Below are positions 1 to 10,000 of a stretch of 64,000 bases of DNA, piece by piece (the stretch's first letter is position 1; each line of letters starts with the position of its first letter). The stretch comes from a virus: positions 9,115 through 73,114 of the IMG/VR virus record IMGVR_UViG_3300006874_000013; one strand, given 5' to 3'. Made by a program: the position numbers and the translations under genes. The notes below the pieces were generated by a model, which had not been told where the DNA came from, ran no database searches, and worked only from the letters and a program-made list of their open reading frames with translations.

Positions 1-844
1 ATTGTTGAATTCTTTTTTCTGTCATCCAATCCTTTTGCACATAATGAAATGGTAGTAACTGTTGAAAGTTACCTATCTTAAAGTCATTATATGTTTTGTA
101 ATATGTGGGAATACTGTCTTCCCAGTAATCTGATATAGTTGCACCCTTAATGTTTTGAATATGACTTTTCATATGTACAAATGTGGGCACTGCATCTATG
201 TTTTCTCTAGTGCATTCTGATTCTATTCCTAGTAACTTAATTGCTAGAGCAAAAGCAACATCCGCACTTAATATATCTGGTTTGCCTTTTGGTAGGTACT
301 TGTAAAACATTCTTTGCCAGTGTTGAAATATTATTTCTATCATAGTAAATAATTCTGCGGCTAATTCGCTTTTCTTAAAATAAAAGAATGCTGTGTATAT
401 GTTAGGCAAATTATTTAATTCGAAGGTTTTTCGATAGTAACCTCCTTTGGCAATTTCCCCTCTAAAGGTTCTCACATTTGTAGTTGCCCATACATCTTTT
501 TGTTCAAGTATATCCCACCAGTGGCTTACATCTGTAGGAAAAATCATATCTGTATCTAAAATAACAGTCTCGTCATAAGGAGTCATATGAAAATATTTCC
601 ACTTGTTATTAATTTTCCAATCTAATTCTTTTTCAGCGTCATCGTTCCATGGTATATCAATTATCTTATCAAAAACATTTTCGTGTCTCTGTCTAAGTAA
701 TTTACGTGTAGGTGCATCAACACAAACAGCCAATTTGTTAACTGTACTTTGTGTTAGTTTTAGATTTAATGCTAGTGCATAAGCCTGTTCCAAATAATTT
801 ACATCTTTGGTATTTTGTGCTATTACAATATATCCTTTGCTCAT
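1..844 (-). CDS. GT-A fold (GT8-like) glycosyltransferase-like protein, runs off the window edge (not in ORF track)
   Basis: Manual translation from ATG at 844: MSKGYIVIAQNTKDVNYLEQAYALALNLK...TPYDETVILDTDMIF...YTAFFYFKK...PFHYVQKDW. It has a DxD motif and is a paralog of 1489..2466. The start overlaps the upstream stop (ATGA). Confidence 0.75.
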   Translation of the reverse strand, partial: MSKGYIVIAQNTKDVNYLEQAYALALNLKLTQSTVNKLAVCVDAPTRKLLRQRHENVFDKIIDIPWNDDAEKELDWKINNKWKYFHMTPYDETVILDTDMIFPTDVSHWWDILEQKDVWATTNVRTFRGEIAKGGYYRKTFELNNLPNIYTAFFYFKKSELAAELFTMIEIIFQHWQRMFYKYLPKGKPDILSADVAFALAIKLLGIESECTRENIDAVPTFVHMKSHIQNIKGATISDYWEDSIPTYYKTYNDFKIGNFQQLLPFHYVQKDWMTEKRIQQ

Positions 845-1062
845 ATTTCTCGTATCACTATTATTCCGTATTGGTCCATTGCTACTGTTTTACAACCTAC
901 ATTGTCTATGCCTTTGTTTGCAAAATCAATCATGCGTTGGCTATTACCGCATATAATTTTTAATGGTACACGATCTTGATTCATAAGAATAAAATCTTCT
1001 ACCATTACTTCTACTTCGTGGTGCCTTACACCGTGTAAATCTAAATTATGTGTTATCCCCAT
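841..1062 (-). CDS. Stand-alone Smr (small MutS-related) domain protein
   Basis: LDLHGVRHHEV...LKIICGNS matches the Smr LDLHG / IIxGxG pattern. Likely start is ATG 1062 (MGITHN). Confidence 0.7.
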   Translation of the reverse strand: MGITHNLDLHGVRHHEVEVMVEDFILMNQDRVPLKIICGNSQRMIDFANKGIDNVGCKTVAMDQYGIIVIREI

Positions 1063-1207
1063 CAAACTTTCTTTCACCTCTTGAATAACTGTCCTCAGGG
1101 TCTATTTCTGCATCAGCATTCATAAATCTCATACGTTGTACTAAGTCCCAATTGACTTCTTTCCAATCTTCTTGAATACTGATATATTCTTCTTTTTTCT
1201 TATTCAT
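1046..1207 (-). CDS. Small hypothetical protein (53 aa, MNKKKEEYISIQEDWKEVNWDLVQRMRF...)
   Basis: Manual translation; fills the gap and is coupled to the upstream ORF by an ATGA overlap. Confidence 0.55.
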   Translation of the reverse strand: MNKKKEEYISIQEDWKEVNWDLVQRMRFMNADAEIDPEDSYSRGERKFDGDNT

Positions 1208-1311
1208 TTCTTTTTTTGATTTTTCATAAACAATCTATCTGCTTGACGTTGAAGACTTTTTTCAAGTTGTTTGTCAAACCACTTTCTAAACCATTGCCTA
1301 ATCTTTCCCAT
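1204..1311 (-). CDS. Small basic hypothetical protein (35 aa, MGKIRQWFRKWFDKQLEKSLQRQADRLFMKNQKKK)
   Basis: Manual translation; overlaps both neighbours in a tightly packed operon. Confidence 0.5.
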   Translation of the reverse strand: MGKIRQWFRKWFDKQLEKSLQRQADRLFMKNQKKK

Positions 1312-1483
1312 TTTTCAAACTCCAATCTTCAGTAAACATACAATGACGCCTATTGCCTTTTGGTGTTACGTACACAAACTGCATTGCTAATAGTTGTTCA
1401 ACGGTGCCCTCATTTACTCTGTTAAAATAAGGTTCCTTGTGTACTATGTAATCACCTACACTAGGCGCTTTGCGTTTACCCAC
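1298..1483 (-). CDS. Small hypothetical protein (61 aa)
   Basis: ORF track; co-oriented and tightly packed. Confidence 0.6.
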   Translation of the reverse strand: MGKRKAPSVGDYIVHKEPYFNRVNEGTVEQLLAMQFVYVTPKGNRRHCMFTEDWSLKNGKD

Positions 1484-1488
1484 TTCTT

Positions 1489-2466
1489 CTATCCTGTGCT
1501 TGTTGCTTTTTTAGTTCTTCGTTTTGTTTTGGCTTTTGTTGTTGTTGTTTTTGTGCCATTGTTAACTCCTAAATATTGTAGCATATCTTTACTTACCCTG
1601 TTAAGGGCCCACTTATTCATAATATGAATATCAACATCACGCCAATGCGTGATAATAAAATCTCCAGGGCTTCTTGGCTTTTCTAATAATAATGCAATAG
1701 TATTTAATCCTGTAACTTTCCACACATCATCTAAGTCCCATGTTTTATATAATTTTATGGGCAGTTGTTGTACGCCTTTGTCTTTGTAACCTGCTAACAT
1801 GTGAGCGGCTATACTAAAACTATAATCATTTCTATACACACTGTTATTGAATTTATACAAGTCACTATAATAGTCTCTATTATTTTTTACATGCTTTACA
1901 AAATTAAAAAATGTTTCGCATGTGGTATCTTTTCTAAAATACACTACAGTTGCCCAATACATTGAAATACCTAGTGGACTTAATCTATCAAGATCCTGAT
2001 ATCTTCTACCACGCATGATATCTGTGTATTCCCAATTCATCATTAAATTATTTTGATGTCCCCAACAATGATTCAACGAATTACTAAGTATCAAGTAATC
2101 CGCATCTATCATTATGGTTTCATCATATGGGGATAGATCATAAGCATCACAGCGATTAATGTTGTAAAAGGATAGTTGCTTTGATGTGTGACTTGTGTCT
2201 TTGTAAGTGCGATTATTTTTGAGTTTGAATTCTCGATCTTTTTCAATCTCAATAATATTGCTGGTACACTTGTTGATAAACCTTTTACCAACATCTTTGA
2301 TTTTATATTTTAGGCTGTGTGGATCAGTTATAATAGTAATTTGATCTTTTGTAAATCCTAGGTTCTTTTGTATTAATAGTGCATTGGTCAGAGCTAAACC
2401 TAAATAATCAATCTCGGTATTATTGTGGGCAAATATTAATATACCTCGGCTATTCTCCGTCTTCAT
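1489..2466 (-). CDS. GT-A fold (GT8-like) glycosyltransferase-like protein
   Basis: RGILIFAHN...YDLSPYDETIMIDADYL (DxD)...YWATVVYFRK...YRNDYSFSIA...HIMNK. Confidence 0.7.
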   Translation of the reverse strand: MKTENSRGILIFAHNNTEIDYLGLALTNALLIQKNLGFTKDQITIITDPHSLKYKIKDVGKRFINKCTSNIIEIEKDREFKLKNNRTYKDTSHTSKQLSFYNINRCDAYDLSPYDETIMIDADYLILSNSLNHCWGHQNNLMMNWEYTDIMRGRRYQDLDRLSPLGISMYWATVVYFRKDTTCETFFNFVKHVKNNRDYYSDLYKFNNSVYRNDYSFSIAAHMLAGYKDKGVQQLPIKLYKTWDLDDVWKVTGLNTIALLLEKPRSPGDFIITHWRDVDIHIMNKWALNRVSKDMLQYLGVNNGTKTTTTKAKTKRRTKKATSTG

Positions 2467-2809
2467 TTAAGTCTAGTACCCTGTGTGTTTTTCTTGCTTG
2501 TTTTAGTTTTTCAAACTCAATTAGATATTCATTTGTTACTTCAAAATATCTACTGGTAATCTCTTCTACAAATTCATCTAAGTTAACTTCAATTGGATTT
2601 TCATATATGTCCAATAGCACTGCTGTTTTGTGTTTTTGTTCTTGGAGCATATTGCAGAATGTGATTAAATTTCTATCAATAGAAAATGTGCCACCGTTAA
2701 TACTGTAACTTAGCAAACTTTGTGTTTTTGCCCTTAGAGCATCTTGTTGATTGTTTAAGGTTATGCGATAGTTTGAAAATTCTAATGCTTTAGTTAATTT
2801 TGCACTCAT
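2450..2809 (-). CDS. Hypothetical phage protein (119 aa)
   Basis: ORF track; preceded by TATAAATA. Confidence 0.75.
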   Translation of the reverse strand: MSAKLTKALEFSNYRITLNNQQDALRAKTQSLLSYSINGGTFSIDRNLITFCNMLQEQKHKTAVLLDIYENPIEVNLDEFVEEITSRYFEVTNEYLIEFEKLKQARKTHRVLDLNEDGE

Positions 2810-2821
2810 CTTGTGTTCCCA

Positions 2822-2829
2822 TATTTATA
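2822..2829 (-). promoter_or_regulatory. T4-type late promoter TATAAATA
   Basis: Exact T4 gp55 late consensus 12 nt upstream of ATG 2809. Confidence 0.7.
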
Positions 2830-2843
2830 CTGATATTTAAGTC

Positions 2844-2877
2844 AAAAAAAAGCCAGTAAGTGATTTTACTGGCTTTT
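2844..2877 (-). terminator. Rho-independent terminator
   Basis: Minus strand AAAAGCCAGTAA-aatcac-TTACTGGCTTTTTTTT after the stop of 2896..3873. Confidence 0.85.
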
Positions 2878-2895
2878 AGATTTGCGTGATTGTTA

Positions 2896-3873
2896 TTATG
2901 AACCGCTTATTGCACCCATACTGTCTGTAGGCTGAGTAAAGGTAAAGCCAGAGCCGTTAGCATCTGGTGCATGCCTTCTTGCATTGATTGTTAACGTACC
3001 TGTTGCACTTGCGTCGATTACGTTATCAGTTGCGTCAATAAGTTGTATTCTCAGTGTTACCACTGTTGGGTTTGTTACACTGTTAACTTTTGCTGATGTT
3101 TGAACATAGTCATTTGAGTATGGAGCACTTGCACCATAGTATGTCCAAAGTGTTTGATATGATGTTGCTAGTTCGTAAAAACCAATACCACTTGCACTAC
3201 CTGCACCTGCATTTGATGTTGAGTAATCCATATAGAAATCACCCATGCCACTTAATCTTGCCGCATGTGCATCAAACTGATCACCACTTGAACCTGTGTA
3301 ACTAGCACTGAAACCTAAACGTCCACCACCGTTAAAGAATGCTCTACAAGCACCCTCACTAGCAAATGTCCAAGTTGTTTCTTGCGTTAGTGTGTTAGTC
3401 CATGAACTGGTATATGTTACACTTGCATCTGTTGCTACACTTCTACTTGCTGGACCAAATCTAGCATTCCAGCAATCTTGAATGTTTAACATCAAATTTG
3501 ACCAAGTAGTTGCCGCAATAGTTGTGCTTGAACTTACATCTGAACTAACACCAGAGCGTTGACTTACACCTAAAAACAAACACAATGCCTGTACATCATC
3601 CTGAAGTCTTTTGAAACCGCCTGTTGCGTTGTCAGCATATACAATGCCTCCTGCACTTGCGGCATTAACACCGGCACCACCTTGACTGTATCCATAAGCA
3701 GTAGAATATGTAAATGAAGCGCCTGCAGACAACTGAACGTCTTGTGAACCACCTAGTAATTTGTTTACGTTAGTACGAGCATTATTGAAATCTGCGTCAT
3801 CTATAACGTCACCAGCAACAACTTGCGTCATTGTAGTCATACCGTCTGCGGTAACTGAACTTCCTGATGCCAT
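2896..3873 (-). CDS. Virion structural protein (325 aa, S/T/G/A-rich)
   Basis: Composition, FASEGACRAFFNGGGRL motif, position behind the fibre genes, own late promoter and AGGAG RBS. Confidence 0.65.
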   Translation of the reverse strand: MASGSSVTADGMTTMTQVVAGDVIDDADFNNARTNVNKLLGGSQDVQLSAGASFTYSTAYGYSQGGAGVNAASAGGIVYADNATGGFKRLQDDVQALCLFLGVSQRSGVSSDVSSSTTIAATTWSNLMLNIQDCWNARFGPASRSVATDASVTYTSSWTNTLTQETTWTFASEGACRAFFNGGGRLGFSASYTGSSGDQFDAHAARLSGMGDFYMDYSTSNAGAGSASGIGFYELATSYQTLWTYYGASAPYSNDYVQTSAKVNSVTNPTVVTLRIQLIDATDNVIDASATGTLTINARRHAPDANGSGFTFTQPTDSMGAISGS

Positions 3874-3897
3874 ATGTATCTCCTAATAATATACTTG

Positions 3898-3905
3898 TAT
3901 TTATC
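3898..3905 (-). promoter_or_regulatory. Late promoter GATAAATA
   Basis: Recurrent octamer upstream of structural genes. Confidence 0.65.
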
Positions 3906-6900
3906 TATTTTACACCGATGACTGCTTCAATAACGCCTGCGTCACCGTCTTCTTTATCTTCTAAACTTCTACCAATAACTGCTCTAGCATCGTACTCATC
4001 TTCGCCTAATGCCCAGGCAACACCTGGTACGTCACTGCTGATTAATCTTTCGCCTTTGCAAACTTTGCCTATTACTTTAACAGGAACTCGACCTGTTAAT
4101 GCTACAGGTAAACCCTCTGCATCTTTGTTCATTAGATATGCTGGATCAGTAGATATCACACCAAACACTTCTGTGTCTGCATGATTTGTAGTTTGAGTTA
4201 TTTCTGCACTTCCGCCCAGTTTCACAACTGTGCCTGCTTCGTATTGTTCATCACTTGCATATATCTCAGCCAAGTCAGCATATTGAGCCTGTGTTGCTGT
4301 TGCAGTAATTGTGCCTGCCGCAAAATTACCACTTGAATCTCTAACTACGGCCTTACTTGCTGTATTTGTACTTGTGAACGTGGTTGTGTCTGACAAGTCA
4401 ACAGTTAATGTAACATTACCTGCTGTGCCACCTCCACCTAAACCATTACCTGCGGTAACGCCAGAAATTAATCCAGTGTCTGATAAACTAATAACACCCG
4501 TTGAGTTATCATAAGTTATGCCAGTACCACCTGATACTCTGCCTCTGATATAACTTTCGTGGTTAGTAATACTACTAACAGTACCTGTTAACGCACCTGT
4601 TGAATTTTCTAAAATTTTTGTTCCGTCGTCTTTGAGGACATCACCTCTGATGTCACCGTCAAAGAAATTATTTGCAGTAAACGTATCACCTATATAATTA
4701 GTTGTGGTCAACGTATGAGTTACAGCATTGTAGGAAATTTCGGTTGCATCGGTATATAATGGTCTATCAGTTCCTGTTCCTGACTGTGACATAACAATAT
4801 AGTTTGTTGTAGCACTAGTACTTGTTAATGTTACAGCGGCCGCATTGTCTGAGTTATCAGCAGTACCAATTAAATCACCTGTAAAGTTACCTGTTGCACT
4901 GATATTAGTTGCAGTAACTTGTGTTAATCCTGTTATGGTTGTATCAAGATTAACAGTAATTGTTTGCCCACTTGCACTACTTGTTAAGTTTGTACCACCG
5001 CTAACTGTGAGAACTTGTGTATCTAAATCTACTAGACCAGTTCCTGAATTACCAGCAATACTTAAATCGTCATCTCTGTCTAATCCATCGACGTATGCTT
5101 TCAATTCTGTGTTAGCAGTATCAACGTAATCTTTTACAGCGGCTGATGTTGGTATTGTTGTATCAGTGTCATTACTTGCAATACCATCTGCTTCGTCAAC
5201 AAATTTAGTTACAGTAATACTTTCGCCTGTATCTCTCAGAGAGCCAAATGACACAGTGCCGCCTATTGTGGCGTCACCTGATGCTGTTGTGAATCCTGCT
5301 GAAGTAAATACACCTGTACCTACAATAGTACCAGGACCAAATGTCAATGATCCTGATGCAGAAATAAATTCCATTTCTGGTGCAGTACCACCAACTCTCA
5401 ATTTGTTTACATACAGTCTATCTTCACTAGGAATATATTTGAGATTAAAGTTATTTGTGCCGCCACCTTTTAGGTCACTAGCACTACCAGTAGCATCTGA
5501 GAACAATACATATTGTGCTCCAGTAGATGTTGTATCTGATGTGATACTAACCTGTGTTGCTGGACCTACTAGTCTACCTGTGCCACTTAAATTAATATCT
5601 TGGTTTGCTCTAACATTTATTTCATTAAATGTTGCAGAAGGAGAACCTGATGCAGACATAATTAATGAACTATCAAATGTTGCAACACCTGTAACACCTA
5701 ATGCTCCGTCAACATTAGTGATACCTAAATTAGATGTTCCTGTTACTGATAAATCTTGATCAAATGTAACATCGCCTAGTGATCTCAATGACGATGTGAT
5801 GTTTGCGGTAGCAATGTTTCCGTTATCTGCAAAAATATTGTTTACATAAATGTTATCAATTTTATTTGATAAATCACCTAAATCTTCTGCGCCTAAACCA
5901 TTTACAACTAAGTTACCATTAATGGTTGTATCGCCATTAAGTGTAGAAGTGTTGTTAACTGTTAACACATCTGTTACTAGTTCTGCAGATGTAATACTTA
6001 GTGAACCACTGCTACTAGTTAAATCACCCGTTAAGTCTATGTCACCACCGACAACTAAATCATCGTTAACAGTGATGTCTTCAATTGTTAAACTAGATAA
6101 GCCAATAATGCTGTTAGCATATAATGTTGTCACTTCGTTTGAAGCGTCACCTATTTGGTTGGCGTATAATGTATCAAATGATGTAACAGCATCCAACTCG
6201 TATTCTTGTCTAACATTAATACCTTTTTTGATTAGTCCAGTTGCTCTACCAGTACGTGATGATGCTATACCAACACCAGTTTGTGTTAGTTCAGGATTGT
6301 AGTTAATTGTTAAACCATCTACAGGTGTTTGAGTATCAGACGCTATTGTAAATTGACTGTCTGAGAACAATGCCATGATTGTTTCGTATTGCTCGCCAAT
6401 TTGTGTTGTACCTCTGTTTGCACCTGCATTTGAATCTATAGTGCTTTTTACATACACTAATGCCAATACTGGATGTACAATGCCAATCGGCCCGTCTTCT
6501 TTTAAGAAAAGTGTACGTAATCTAGTTCCAAAGAATGTGGCATTATCGTTGTTAAGATCATTGCTAAATGTATTAGTAATTTCTCCACCATATGATGCTG
6601 GTAAGAATTGATTACCGTTGTAAATTTCTAATACGTTTTTGCTTGTATTAAAGAATGCTGTACCTGCACGTAAATCAGTTGTTGGTCTATTAGGCTCACT
6701 GTTTACTAAAATGCCTGTGGATCTTTTCCATACATCACCGTCATAAACTTTGAATAAGCCTTCTGATTTATCATACCAAAGTTGTCCTGTTAATTTTACA
6801 GCAGGATTTGGTGCAGTAGAACTAGCAAAATTTTCTAAATGCCTTAAAGTGTTCTGAGCAAAATATTGTCCGTAGTTGGATACCTGGCGTCCAACTAGAG

Positions 6901-6985
6901 CCAGCGAATAATTAGTAGAATCGACTTTGTTGTCTTCTACTGTAACTGTAATTGTTTGATCGCTGTTTTTTATAATATATGGCAT
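3905..6985 (-). CDS. Tail fibre/spike with C-terminal peptidase G2-type intramolecular chaperone (IMC) domain
   Basis: N-terminal LVGRQVSNYGQYF...LENFA...GQLWYDK anchor shared with 11747..14116; beta-rich middle; C-terminal YADLAEIY...GTVVKLGG...GVISTDPAYLMN...VALTGRVPVKV. Confidence 0.8.
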   Translation of the reverse strand: MPYIIKNSDQTITVTVEDNKVDSTNYSLALVGRQVSNYGQYFAQNTLRHLENFASSTAPNPAVKLTGQLWYDKSEGLFKVYDGDVWKRSTGILVNSEPNRPTTDLRAGTAFFNTSKNVLEIYNGNQFLPASYGGEITNTFSNDLNNDNATFFGTRLRTLFLKEDGPIGIVHPVLALVYVKSTIDSNAGANRGTTQIGEQYETIMALFSDSQFTIASDTQTPVDGLTINYNPELTQTGVGIASSRTGRATGLIKKGINVRQEYELDAVTSFDTLYANQIGDASNEVTTLYANSIIGLSSLTIEDITVNDDLVVGGDIDLTGDLTSSSGSLSITSAELVTDVLTVNNTSTLNGDTTINGNLVVNGLGAEDLGDLSNKIDNIYVNNIFADNGNIATANITSSLRSLGDVTFDQDLSVTGTSNLGITNVDGALGVTGVATFDSSLIMSASGSPSATFNEINVRANQDINLSGTGRLVGPATQVSITSDTTSTGAQYVLFSDATGSASDLKGGGTNNFNLKYIPSEDRLYVNKLRVGGTAPEMEFISASGSLTFGPGTIVGTGVFTSAGFTTASGDATIGGTVSFGSLRDTGESITVTKFVDEADGIASNDTDTTIPTSAAVKDYVDTANTELKAYVDGLDRDDDLSIAGNSGTGLVDLDTQVLTVSGGTNLTSSASGQTITVNLDTTITGLTQVTATNISATGNFTGDLIGTADNSDNAAAVTLTSTSATTNYIVMSQSGTGTDRPLYTDATEISYNAVTHTLTTTNYIGDTFTANNFFDGDIRGDVLKDDGTKILENSTGALTGTVSSITNHESYIRGRVSGGTGITYDNSTGVISLSDTGLISGVTAGNGLGGGGTAGNVTLTVDLSDTTTFTSTNTASKAVVRDSSGNFAAGTITATATQAQYADLAEIYASDEQYEAGTVVKLGGSAEITQTTNHADTEVFGVISTDPAYLMNKDAEGLPVALTGRVPVKVIGKVCKGERLISSDVPGVAWALGEDEYDARAVIGRSLEDKEDGDAGVIEAVIGVK

Positions 6986-7004
6986 ACTTTTTACCTGTTT
7001 ACAC

Positions 7005-7012
7005 TATTTATC
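7005..7012 (-). promoter_or_regulatory. Late promoter GATAAATA
   Basis: Octamer 19 nt upstream of ATG 6985. Confidence 0.65.
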
Positions 7013-7013
7013 A

Positions 7014-10000
7014 TTATCGATCAATCCCAAAACTTGGTGTGTCTGTATTAAAAGTATCATCAATTGGATCAGTATATCCACAGAATTCACTGTTAAATTC
7101 TATTACTTGTTGATATGTACCACCTTGTCCATCATGGTAGTCTTGATATTGTATGTACCTTGCACTTCCAGTTCCACAATATGCCGTTCCGGCTGGTGTA
7201 CCTGCCGCTGGATGCTGTGGGGGCTCTTCATAACCACATGCTTCTGAGTTTTCTTCTATTAATTCTCTGTATGTACCGCCTTGTCCATCATGATAGTTTT
7301 GATAACGATTATATCTTGTAGTTCCTGTGCCACAGAACGGTTGACCTGCTGGTGTTCCTCTATCTGGATAATCTGGAGCAGGAACATAACCACATTCTTC
7401 AGAATTTGCTTCTACAGTTTCAAAATAGTATCCACCTTGGCCATCGTTATATGTTTGTACTAATGCATACTCACCATATTCATTATATTCTCCTAGTAAA
7501 TTAGCACAAAATGGTGCACCCAGTGGTGTGCCATTGTCTGGATGATTAGGCTCAGGCTCTGGTTCTACATAACCACATGTTGTAGAATTTCTTTCTACAA
7601 CCTGTGTTGTTGTGCCGCCGGCGCCATCATGATAATCTTGATACAAGGTATACTCATCACTGCCAATGCCGCAATACTGATTACCTGAAGGAGTTCCTGC
7701 ATCTGGATAGGTAGGTGGTGCTTCGTATCCACACTGTGTGGAATTTTCTTCTAGTAATACAGTAATAATGTTGCCATTTCCATCGTGCTGTCTTTGATAC
7801 AAGTTGTATTGTGCTCTTCTTTCTCCACAGAATGGATCTCCTGCTGGTGTACCTTCTGGTGGATGATCTGGGCCCGGGTCCGGTACTACGTAACCACACT
7901 GTGTAGAATTTGTTTCAATAACTCTGATTTCTGGTATGTTTGTAGATGTTGCAAAAGTCTGTAATAGATCAAACTCACCGTATGTATTGTAAACTCCTAA
8001 TACACTAGCACAGAACGGTTCACCAATTGGGTCACCTGGATTTGGTGTATCTATAATGGGTTCTTCGTAGCCACATATTTTAGAGTTTGCTTCAATTAAA
8101 CGTGTCTCTGTCCCACCTTGTCCATCATGATAATCTTGATAGCGATTGAATCGATTTGACCCAGTGCCACAGTATGCCGCTCCGGCTGGTGTACCTGCCG
8201 CTGGGTGTTCATCATCTACAGGTGCTGTGTATCCACATAATTCTGAATTTGGTGTTTCTCTGGTTTCACTTGCGCCACCTTGACCGTCTGCAAGTACTTC
8301 ATATAATGTATATTGCACACCCGGCATTGTGACTGGGCTACCTAACACATCAATGGTTCCGCCACCACAGTAAGAAAATATCACTGTTCCTGCCGCAGGA
8401 TTTTCTTCTGGTATAAAGCCACATTCTGTGCTATTCACTGTGTCTAAAGTTCTTATTTCGCCACCTGTGCCATTAGCAACCACTTTGTATCTATTATACT
8501 GTGTGTTCTCAGTATTACCACATTCATATCTCAGGAATGTACCATATATAGGATATTGTGTATAACCACATAATGGACTATTAAATTGTGTTTCTGTATA
8601 GAAACCGCCCTGACCATTGTGATACGTTACATATCTTGTGTATTGATCTGTGCCTGTTCCGCATATTGCAGAATGGAAAGTTCCGTATGGTTCAGGTGTT
8701 ACATCACCAAACTCTTCTTCTAAGTATTTCAGTAAGTCTTCATCACTACACCCAAAATCTGTGTTTAATGGAGCCGGTGGAGCATTAGAATTAAGGTAAC
8801 CATATGTTTCAAAGTACTCCATTAAAGCAGTCCAATATGCTTCACATGCTGTGAAATCTGTTTCTGGGTCGCCGCCCGGATCAGGATCATATAAACATGT
8901 TTGTACATCATTAGAACGTATAAATGTTGCTATTTCGCCACCTGATCCATCTGCAGTGATTTTATACAATTCATATCCAAGTGTGTTAGGATTACCGGTA
9001 GTATCTCTACATTCCCAACGCAAGAAAGTTCCAGCAGTGGGATCATCAGTACCTGGATCATTTGGACAAGGCCTATTTATGAAATTATCGGCACCAAGTG
9101 AAACACTTATAGTTCCAACAGCATTAAATGTTTCTCCTGTCTCATTGTCTAATACTGAATATGTTGAGTGTCCTGATATATGAAAGCCCATTTCTGGACC
9201 CACTTTGACACCTGGTGTATCTGTTGACAGGCTCAAAGAAAACATGCCGCTGTTTACACTTACTCGACCTTGTACCATAAAAAACACATCCATGATTGGA
9301 TCTATTTGAGCTTCGTCATTTACATAAGCATGTCCAATTAATGTTTGATTAAGAGCCAATGTTTCTTGAGGAGTAAGGAAGAACGTTAGTCTATCAGAAA
9401 ACTCGTCAGGTACACCAGAGTGCCAATTTCTAGTATAAGTTACACCATCATTGAATGGACCAGCCCTAGCAGTAAAAGTCCCACCACCGTCAAAGAAGGC
9501 TGTCATAAACAATTCATCAACTGGCATTGTTGCAGGAGTACAATATTGTTGATGAACGCCCACATCATTAAATGTAGGAGTTGTATATTGGCTGTCAGTG
9601 TTGAGAATTTCTAAAGGCACTGAACCAATTGGACTGAGATTCACGCCTAGGCCGGACGCATCAAATATTTTCAATCTTCCGCGTTTAGTTTCATAATGAT
9701 CTGGGTCTTCTCTGGTAACAACACTAAAATTACCTACGTATCTGCCATCTTTTCCGTTTCTTGGATAATTGTTATCATAAGTTAGGCTGTAAGTACCGGT
9801 TCTGTTACCTGTTGCTAGGTCATCAGTGTCATTGAGATCAGAGATACTGTAACTCAAAAATGGGCTCGGTACTTGATTAAAACCTTCATACTCGCCAACG
9901 TCATAGCCTTTTACATTTCTGCCCCAAACTGTGTAGTTAACAGTTTCTCCTTCGTCAACCACAGAGTGGCCTTCGTATGGCGCAGGGCTTCCTGATTTTT

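Noticed and set aside
7075-8210. Near-identical DNA between repeat units at the adhesin C-terminus as a DGR template/variable pair
   Set aside because: Both copies are in-frame coding units of a longer array, identity is limited to short patches, and no reverse transcriptase is present in the window.
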